Assembly: GCA_001600695.1 (NCBI GenBank)
Contig: BCKQ01000001.1
Coordinates: 1,676,005-1,740,004 of the forward strand
Source of the DNA: Ascoidea asiatica JCM 7603
Taxonomy: Eukaryota > Fungi > Ascomycota
Reading direction: 5' to 3'
Length of the DNA stretch: 64,000 nt
Made by a program: the position numbers and the translations under genes. The notes under the pieces are model-generated. The model was not told the DNA's origin and did no database searches. It worked only from the letters and a program-made list of their open reading frames with translations. Shown piece after piece: positions 55,521-64,000 of the stretch. Positions within the stretch are counted from its first letter, which is position 1. Every line of letters begins with the position of its first letter.

Positions 55521-56043
55521 TGCTCATGAATCTGTTAATAACAGTGTGCAATCTTTTATCGGGGTTTATTCTTTAATACCTGCTCTTCTTTCTCTTGTTC
55601 AGCAGACTAGTTATCTTTCTATTAATTGCATTCCCTTTTGTTCTTTTTAGTTCTACTTTTTTTTTGCTTGTTCAAAATCTTTATTCAATTCTTTCCTAAT
55701 TCTTTTTCAATTCAATTCTTTTTAATTCTTTTTTGAATTCTAGGTTTGATTACGTAAATAAAAAAAATAGCTGCCCCGTCCCACTGGTTCTAGTCCTTTG
55801 TTTACATTTCTCGTTCCTCTTCGATTTTTTGATTCATCAAAGTTTCAATTCCAATCGAATTCAAATTCCTTTCTTTTTGACACAACAAATATATATTCCT
55901 TTATTTTATCTACTTTATTTATCAGTTTGTATAATTCATCATCAATACAATTTGTATCAATTATATTAATCAATCAATCAATCAATCAATCCATTATTTT
56001 TTAGACCAAGTAACTACAAAGCACAAAACTTCAATCAATAACA

Positions 56044-56361
56044 ATGGCTCCATCAAAACTTCAAATCAAAACAAAAGCTTTACAACGTTTAATCAAAGAA
56101 GAAAAATACTATCATGTTGAATTAGCTGAACAAAAAACAATTATTGAAGAAATGAAGGTTTCCAAAGACAAAGATGAATATGATTTGAAAAAACAAATTG
56201 AAGTTTTAAAAGATACTGAACAAATGATTCCAGAATTAAGAAAAAAAATCAATGAACATTTAAATGATTTAAAAGAGTATACTCAAAATTATAATGGTGA
56301 AGAAAATTTGAATGATGCTTCTTTACAAATTCAAAGCGCTGAAAGTTTATTATCTGCATAA
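56044..56361 (+). CDS. RBL2: Tubulin-folding cofactor A
   Basis: MAPSKLQIKTKALQRLIKEEKYY..DEYDLKKQIEVLKDTEQMIP. Confidence 0.93.
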   Translation: MAPSKLQIKTKALQRLIKEEKYYHVELAEQKTIIEEMKVSKDKDEYDLKKQIEVLKDTEQMIPELRKKINEHLNDLKEYTQNYNGEENLNDASLQIQSAESLLSA

Positions 56362-56685
56362 ATTACTTTCTTCATTTCGTAATTACTTTTTCTGGTTATG
56401 AAATTAAATTTCTTTCATTTTTATGAAATTTATCTATAAAGTAAAATATTAAATGTAATATACAAAAAAAACTAAATAAACGTGCTTAAAAGTAGAATAA
56501 AATTATTCAATAATTGTCTATGCATGTAAAGCATACATTTTGCAGTCGAATTAAATTTGAATAAGAACAAAAAAAAAGAAAAAGAAAGGCAACTAGTGTA
56601 ACATCAAAACAAAAAATCTAAAAAGTAAAATGATAATAAAAAAGCTTTATATTATAACATAAAAAATTCTCTAAGACAGAAAATT

Positions 56686-59202
56686 TCAAAAATTTTCGAT
56701 ATCTTTGACTAATTTCAAAACATCCTCACTAATATAGGGATCATCATATACATCTTTCCTTTCTTCATCTTTTCCAACATTATGAACACTATTACTATTG
56801 ATATTATCATAGTTGAAAGGTTGATTTATATTTGAGTTAATATTCACATCTGAAATTGAATTCAAATTATTCAAAGATGACCTTTCCAGTCTTGCGATAT
56901 TATATTCCCTGAATGTTTGGTTAGCTGATATATCCTCGTTTGTGTTATCATTTATATAATTATTTGTATTTATATTATTCTCAATAATATTTGAATTACT
57001 CTTCATTTTATTATAGTTTTTGATACTGAATCTATTTGGAACTGTTTTTTCAATAACTTTGGATTTTTTCACAGGACTATAATAATCATTTGAATTTATA
57101 TTATTTTGATAATTCATCCTTGAATTACCTTCATCTAGTTCATCTTCCTCATCTGAAGAAAACCCATCAAAATTAATGTTAGATGGAACTCTTGGTAATG
57201 GATGAAGAGTTGAAGATACTAATGAACCCAGAGAATTAGTATTGTTATTAGTGGGAGTAACAGGGGTAATCGGAATATTTGTATTATCGATGGCTTTTGT
57301 TGGATCAATAGCTTTAACAATCAGTTCTCCACTAGGAAGAAAATATGTTTTTATTGTATTTTTTTCAGAATTTTTATTAGGTTGTTTAACAAGCTTATCT
57401 GATGAAATTGTATGAATACTTGGAGAATGATATGGACAACTTAAAGCATCCTCAAATTTTTTACTATCACCGGAATTGCTTGATGAGAATGAACTTTTTT
57501 TTTCATTGTTGAGTTGAATATCATAATCATCATCATCATCATCGATAACTATTGGATTTTCTATTGAATCACCTGTATCTAAATCAATAACTTCATGAAG
57601 TGATGACTTTTGAACTTCCAGCAGAATAATATCTTGACTCATACGCCTTTTTTGATTATTACCCGAATATATAGACATTCTATTGTAAAAGCCATTATAT
57701 TTAACAGGACTATTTGCTCTGCTACTATTATTAACAATAAGTCTATTATTATTATTATTTGTATTGATACTATTGAAATATTGATTCTTTACAACTGGAG
57801 GGCATAATGTTGGATTAGTGAAATGAAAAGCTGCAGGTACAATTGGTAACTGACCATCATTTGGATATGGACTTTTAAATTTAGATTTTTTTAATTTTTG
57901 CTTTTTCAGTTCTTCTTTATTTTTTATTTTTTTTGTTGAACTTTGTTCTAATTCTTTTTTTGTATCTTTCTTTTTTAAAGTTTGGTTTTGGTTTTGGTTT
58001 TGATTTCGAATTTTCAAGTTATTTATTGAATTTAAATCTACATTAGAACTTTTATTTGAATTTGAACTAGTATTTGAATTTAACTTAACTTCAGGTTTTA
58101 AATTATTAATAGCTGGATTTATTTCCTTTTCTAAAGTAATCTTTGAGTCTGAATTGATAAAAGTTTTTTCAGGTACTGGAATCGCAACTTTATCTGAAAT
58201 TTTTTTTTCATTATTATTATTTATATTTTCTTTAAAATTTTGAGTAATTTCAAAATTATTAAGTGGTTTAAAATTTTCTTGAAAATTAGTTTGAGATTTT
58301 GATAAAATTGGAGGAATTGATTCAAATGGAGAATTTGAAGAATCTGAAATTGAATCTGAAACTGAATTAGGTAATATTGGTAAAGAATGTGTTTTTTTAT
58401 GAATTTTAGTTATATTGTTATTATTATAATTTTGAATTGGATTTCTATTGAATATGACAGAAGAAATTGAAAGATTTGGTTTATGTTTTGAATTTGAATT
58501 TGAGTTTGAACATGAATATGAATTTAAGTTGAGATTTAAATTTGAATTAATTAATGAAATATCTTTTGAATCTTTATTAAATTCAGATTTTGCGAATAAA
58601 TTAATTAAAGAAAATCTTTTTTTCTTTGTATGAATATTTGAATTAATAATTTTTTTTTTCTTTAATTGAATTTTTTGTTGTTTAATTAAATCTTTCTCAG
58701 CTTTTTTTCTTAATTTTTTAATTTTTTTATCATTTTCATCAGTTTGAGTAATTTCTTTTCTTGAGAATACTTTAAAAGTATTTTCTTCTTCATTAGTATT
58801 CGAATTGTTATTTAAATTATTAGTTGAATTATGATTTGAATTGTTATTTGAATCATTTAAAGAAGAATTATTTCTTGAATGAGTTAAAGAAGGAATTGAA
58901 TGTACAGAAGGTAATTTATTATTTATTATAACTTTTTTATCATTGATTTCATCATTATTTTCAATAGGTTTATCATTATTATTATCATTATTATTATTAT
59001 TATTGTTATTATTATTGTTATTATTATTAATATTAATTATATTTGGAGTAATATTATAATCACTATAATAATCACTATTCATATCACTACTTATATCATT
59101 TTGATTTGAATTTTTATTTAATTTTTCTAAACTTAAGAAATTATTTAAATTATTTGAATTATCTAAATTTATATTATTATCAATTTTATAATATTCATCC
59201 AT
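56686..59202 (-). CDS. Uncharacterised low-complexity (Asn/Ser/Lys-rich) protein, 838 aa
   Basis: Long uninterrupted ORF; no family recognised. Confidence 0.75.
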   Translation of the reverse strand: MDEYYKIDNNINLDNSNNLNNFLSLEKLNKNSNQNDISSDMNSDYYSDYNITPNIININNNNNNNNNNNNNNDNNNDKPIENNDEINDKKVIINNKLPSVHSIPSLTHSRNNSSLNDSNNNSNHNSTNNLNNNSNTNEEENTFKVFSRKEITQTDENDKKIKKLRKKAEKDLIKQQKIQLKKKKIINSNIHTKKKRFSLINLFAKSEFNKDSKDISLINSNLNLNLNSYSCSNSNSNSKHKPNLSISSVIFNRNPIQNYNNNNITKIHKKTHSLPILPNSVSDSISDSSNSPFESIPPILSKSQTNFQENFKPLNNFEITQNFKENINNNNEKKISDKVAIPVPEKTFINSDSKITLEKEINPAINNLKPEVKLNSNTSSNSNKSSNVDLNSINNLKIRNQNQNQNQTLKKKDTKKELEQSSTKKIKNKEELKKQKLKKSKFKSPYPNDGQLPIVPAAFHFTNPTLCPPVVKNQYFNSINTNNNNNRLIVNNSSRANSPVKYNGFYNRMSIYSGNNQKRRMSQDIILLEVQKSSLHEVIDLDTGDSIENPIVIDDDDDDYDIQLNNEKKSSFSSSNSGDSKKFEDALSCPYHSPSIHTISSDKLVKQPNKNSEKNTIKTYFLPSGELIVKAIDPTKAIDNTNIPITPVTPTNNNTNSLGSLVSSTLHPLPRVPSNINFDGFSSDEEDELDEGNSRMNYQNNINSNDYYSPVKKSKVIEKTVPNRFSIKNYNKMKSNSNIIENNINTNNYINDNTNEDISANQTFREYNIARLERSSLNNLNSISDVNINSNINQPFNYDNINSNSVHNVGKDEERKDVYDDPYISEDVLKLVKDIENF

Positions 59203-61937
59203 TATTATTATATACTATATTGTTGTTATTGTATTATGAATTATATTATTATATTATTCAATGGAATGATAAATTTAAATGAAAGGAGTATATAAAAAGT
59301 TGATAAGTTTTAAGAAAAAAAAAAAAAGAGAGAAAGATAAAGAATTCAGAAGGAATTGAAAGGGAGTTTGAATAATATATAATTTTACATTTTACCTTCA
59401 CATTTTATTGATATATTTATTGTATTTTATTAATATGCTAATAGAATTATAATATTATTATAATAATAATATTATAATATTTTATTATATTTCATTTTAT
59501 TATTGTATTTTGAAATAAGTAGTAATAAAAACAATATAAATTAAAGTGAAATTCGATAAGCTAAAACTGAGACCAGGTTTGTGGAAAGCAGTTAAGCCAG
59601 CCAATTATATTGCAGAATCAGAATAAAAATTAAAAAAAAGTTACCAAAAAGATTAAAAGTTGGTGTTTTGATGGTGGGAATGTTGACAATTTTAGACGAA
59701 GTTTGAATTAAAGTGAAGATTGTTTACAGTTTCAATTAAAAAAGTGTTAGTGTGGGTTGCAAGGAAGCAAGTAAACCAATTTTCTTGTAAGCCCAGAGAA
59801 TAATAAATCAGTAAATAATAAAATAGAATAATAATTGGGATATTATTGTTATTATGGCAATATTCATTTCATTTCACAAGCGTCAATGTATTTTTGATAT
59901 GATTTCCTAAAAGAGTTAAATCAAAACACAAACAAATCAAGAACCAATATCATAAGAAGTACCCCAATAATGGTCTCTGTCAATTACATAATCATGTGGC
60001 TTGTATTGTGACATTACGTAATATTGTAAAGTATATTAATATTAGGATAATTTATATATATTGACCACCTTTGTGGGTGCATTTCCCTGCCTTTTATCCA
60101 GAGTTTATTTGACTTGGCTTTTAAGGCACAAAGACGCTTAATTTCCCAATACGGAAGTATATTTCATTCTGTCAGATTGAGCCAGGCCTTGATGAAATTG
60201 AGACTGGAAAAGTGGGGCATTGTAACAATTGACTGAGATTGACTGAGTTTGTGGTTTGAATACAGCTTGGGTAATAAGGGAGGTGATAATCAATGTAGGC
60301 TCGAACATTGATCTTGAAATATTCTCTTAATGGTATTTATGTGTTTTGCTATTGTTTGAACAATTTTGATGTTGATCTGAAGACAGAAGAAAATCCAACG
60401 ATAATGAATCAATAGCAATAAATACCAAGCAAGCAGATAGGTTAACGAAAATAGTCTATATCTTTGCCTCACTGCTTCTGATTTGAAAAGCTGGCAGTTC
60501 CGGAGAAGACAGAAAGTTATAAATGCTATCTGGCTATATTCTTTGAAATCGTTACTTTTATTGCTTTACAACAGTTCACTATTCAGATTATTCAACTACA
60601 GAAGTTCAGGCACTTGACCTATTACTGCAATTGGAAGGAGGTCTATATACTCTTCAAATTCAATAAGGATATAATCGCAAAAGAAAAAGAAGAGAATAGA
60701 GCCATTTCCCTTTGTCGCCAAAATCAACAGCTTCTTGAAAATGCTCTTTCTGATCTTTCCTTTGTTTCTTCTGTTGCTGAAATTCTCACATGAAAAAAGT
60801 GACTTTTTGCAAAAATTCGGGTTTTTTCTGGTTTCTGAGCAGCCCAACCAAATCTTACCTTCGGCCGTGTCCTGTGACACTTAAACTTGATTTCCATACA
60901 AATAGTTGTCTTACGACCTACAAAACGTGACCTTTACCAATATTCTTTACTTTTCAAGGATATTTTTGATCATTTCCGGCTCGTTCTTGAAACTGATCAT
61001 CAATTTCCATTTTTTAAATCTGGTTTGAATAGAGAAAGAAAGAAAGGAAGATACTGAAATTTAAAGCTACTTTTTTTTTTATTATTGAAAATATTATTAA
61101 ATTTTTATAAATATCTTAAATATCTTGCATTCAATAAATACCTTACGTATCCCAAAGAAAATTCCATACTTTTCTATTTCTTTTTAACTTTATTATTCCA
61201 TTTTATCATTATCTATTTTACACTATTCCATTTATTAAATAAATATTCATTTCAAGATTCTCTTACTTTTCTAATCTTTCAATAAAATTAACCTGAATTC
61301 AAATATTTAACTATCTTATCATCAATCAAAGAAATAATTTTCAAAAATAATATTTGAGTCTTTATATACTATTATTTTCATATATCTTTACTTAATCTCC
61401 ATAATTATCATTATCTCAATACATATTTCATCATTAAAGTACACTAATTTAAAATTTGAAAGTTGTTATATTACTTTAAACTTTTAATTTAAATTTTATT
61501 CACTTACTTGGTTTTTTTAATCAATTCAAAGATATCACAATTCAATCATAATAACTGATACTTTATATATTCATATCTTAAAGAAAAAAAAAAAAAACAG
61601 AAGAATAAATCTCTAAATTATAATATTTTTCTAATTTTTAAAACTAAAATTTTTAATTTCATAATTCTTTGTTTTTTTTCATCATTTTGAAAAATTATTT
61701 AAACTCATTGATTTTTCCTTTTTTGATTTCTTTTTCATTCAAATTTCTTTTTTTATTTTATTATTCAAATATTCTATTGTTTAATTATTTAGTTATTTAA
61801 TTATTTAACCACTTACTTACTTAATTACTTAATCATTTTTAATTATTATTTATTATTCATTATTTATTATTTAAATATTATTTTATTATATTCGTTTATA
61901 AATTTAAGTCTCAAGTATTTACCTACCTTGATTCAAA

Positions 61938-63725
61938 ATGTCTTTAATTAATCCAATTAGAAGAACAAGAAGTCGTAATGATCAAAGTAAAAATTCTAAT
62001 TCAAACTCAAATTCTAATTCTAATTCTAATTCAAGATCTAATTCAAGATCAAATTCAAAAGCTTCAAGACCCTCATTTATTAGATCTGCTTCTGCAAAAT
62101 CTATATCTTCAATCTTAACTTTAACTTCAACTAATTATGATTATAATTCGGATTTTTATGATAATAATAATGATAATGATAATGATAACGATTATGATTC
62201 TGAATATCAAGATAAAGAAAATGATTATTCTATCAAACAACAACAACAACAAGATAAATCAAATAATGATAATGAGTTTGGTATCTATATACCAAGCATT
62301 AATGCTAAATTAGATAATTCCTTACCACAAGATTATTTTAAACAAGATATTTTATCAATAATTAAAACTCTTAGAATTCCAAAATGGTATAAATTACCTT
62401 TAAATTTTTATAGTGAAATATCTTTAACTAGAATTTCTTCTGCTTTTACAAATTCAATTTATAAAATTGATCCACCTTCAACAAATTTATTAAAAAAAAT
62501 TAAATTTAATTATTATTTACCTTCTTTATTATTAAGAATTTATGGTCCTTGTTCAAATAATTATATTAATAGAGATTTAGAATTATCTATATTAAAAAGA
62601 TTATCTGCAAAAAATATTGGTCCAAATTTATTAGGTTGTTTTCAAAATGGTAGATTTGAACAATGGTTAGATAATGCTGAACCTTTAGATAAATTTAAAT
62701 TAAGAAATCCAAAAATTTCAAGAACTATAGGTAGAAGAATGAAACAATTACATCTTGGTATAAAATTAAATAAAATTGAATTTAATCAAGGTCCTGAAAT
62801 TTGGAATAAAATTGATAAATGGTTAGAATTAGCTGAAATTATTTTAATTAAAAATTCAAATATAATTAATGAAAAAGATTATTTTTTAATTGATTTTCAA
62901 AATTTTAAAAATTCAATTAATAAATATAAATTATGGTTATTTAATAGATATAAATCTATAGAAGATTTAAAAAAAAATTTAGTATTTTGTCATAATGATA
63001 CTCAATATGGTAATTTATTATTTACAACTCCAATTTCTCAAAAATATTTAAAAATTGAAAATGATAATAAAATTGGTGAAAATGAAGATGAATTAGAAGA
63101 ACAAAAAAAAGATAAAAGATTAGTGGTAATTGATTTTGAATATTCTGCTCCAAATGTACCTGCTTTTGATATTGCAAATCATTTTTGTGAATGGATGGCT
63201 GATTATAGTAATGAAAAATCTTATTTCTTAGATGAAACACAATATCCAAATTTAAAAGAAGCAATGAATTTAATTGTAAGTTATTTAAAATATAATTCAG
63301 ATTATGATTTAAAAAATCATAAAGATTTAGATTTAGCTGCAAAAATTTTATATAATGATATAATTGCATGGAGAGCTTCAAGTAATATTGCTTGGTGTCT
63401 TTGGAGTATAATTTCAGATCCAAAATTTGAAAAAGATAAATTAGAAAATAAAATTATTGAAAATGGTCCAAATGGTGAAAAATATACAGTAATTGAAGAA
63501 AAAACTATTGAAAATTCAAGTGATGAAGATGATGATGAAGATATTGAAAGTATTTTAGATGGTCAAGAAGGTGGTGATCTTGAATCTTTCAATTATATTG
63601 GATATGCAGTTAATAAAGTTGGATTAGTTTGGGGTGATTTAATTCAATTAAATATTGTTTCAAAAAATATTATTGAAAAACAAGAAATGATAAAATATTT
63701 ACCTGCAAAACTTTTTGATGTTTAA
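61938..63725 (+). CDS. CKI1: Choline/ethanolamine kinase
   Basis: LLLRIYG, IGPNLLGCFQNGRFEQWL, FCHNDTQYGNLL (Brenner motif), VIDFEYS..AFDIANHFCEW. Confidence 0.92.
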   Translation: MSLINPIRRTRSRNDQSKNSNSNSNSNSNSNSRSNSRSNSKASRPSFIRSASAKSISSILTLTSTNYDYNSDFYDNNNDNDNDNDYDSEYQDKENDYSIKQQQQQDKSNNDNEFGIYIPSINAKLDNSLPQDYFKQDILSIIKTLRIPKWYKLPLNFYSEISLTRISSAFTNSIYKIDPPSTNLLKKIKFNYYLPSLLLRIYGPCSNNYINRDLELSILKRLSAKNIGPNLLGCFQNGRFEQWLDNAEPLDKFKLRNPKISRTIGRRMKQLHLGIKLNKIEFNQGPEIWNKIDKWLELAEIILIKNSNIINEKDYFLIDFQNFKNSINKYKLWLFNRYKSIEDLKKNLVFCHNDTQYGNLLFTTPISQKYLKIENDNKIGENEDELEEQKKDKRLVVIDFEYSAPNVPAFDIANHFCEWMADYSNEKSYFLDETQYPNLKEAMNLIVSYLKYNSDYDLKNHKDLDLAAKILYNDIIAWRASSNIAWCLWSIISDPKFEKDKLENKIIENGPNGEKYTVIEEKTIENSSDEDDDEDIESILDGQEGGDLESFNYIGYAVNKVGLVWGDLIQLNIVSKNIIEKQEMIKYLPAKLFDV

Positions 63726-64000
63726 TTAAAAAGTAACAAGTGATTTAAATTACTATTTTTTTTTTTTACCCTGTACATTCGTTTAATGATATCAACATTA
63801 ATTTAATCCAAGATTATTTCAAAAGAAATATCTATCTATCTTAAGGATATTTAAGAATATCAAAGAAGAAGAAGATGATGAAGAAAATTTGTATTATATT
63901 ATAGATATGTAAATAAGTAATATAAAGAAAATACAAACTGAGATTTAGAGAACTTTTTTTTCATTATTATTGTGATTATTATCATTTATTTATTCGATTC

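Noticed and set aside
60085-60103. TGCCTTTTATCC resembling U5 loop 1
   Set aside because: Invariant GCCUUUUAC not matched, and no closing stem or Sm site seen
60783-60792. ICRE/UAS-INO upstream of CKI1 (TTCTCACATG)
   Set aside because: One mismatch to WYTTCAYRTG and over 1.1 kb from the ATG; too weak to call
1-64000. tRNA, rRNA, CRISPR arrays, transposon ORFs or LTRs
   Set aside because: None recognised by eye; tRNAscan-SE and a repeat library search would be needed to exclude them

Overview
Gene-dense nuclear DNA from a very AT-rich budding yeast (Saccharomycotina), inferred from yeast orthologues, TACTAAC-type introns and Asn-rich low-complexity proteins. The window holds about 22 intact genes: YPF1/SPP, intron-containing calmodulin, AIM3/BBC1-like, PDE1, CEF1, a degenerate PNGase A-like protein, ZIP2-like, SDH1, COG2, RIM20, MOD5, an 88-aa orphan, BTN2, an ECM32-like helicase, SLO1, a GH51 arabinofuranosidase, a degenerate MFS permease, a secreted CBM1 protein, a YPL150W-like kinase, MET7, BUD27, RBL2, an 838-aa orphan and CKI1/EKI1. 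Several features are invisible to the ORF track: a flocculin relic and an internally deleted TOP2 relic in the first 1.5 kb, four spliceosomal introns, and a candidate structured RNA at about 36.55-36.9 kb. The best candidate for a new system is a possible plant-cell-wall utilisation module at 37.4-44.9 kb. It comprises a secreted GH51, an atypical MFS protein and a non-catalytic CBM1 protein, each with an upstream CGGNTAAW (XlnR/AraR-like) motif, plus Mig1/CreA- and Rim101/PacC-like sites. A second notable pattern is extreme AT richness and microsatellite load radiating from GC-rich intergenic islands, where GC skew flips. All calls come from reading the sequence and recalling family motifs; no searches were run.
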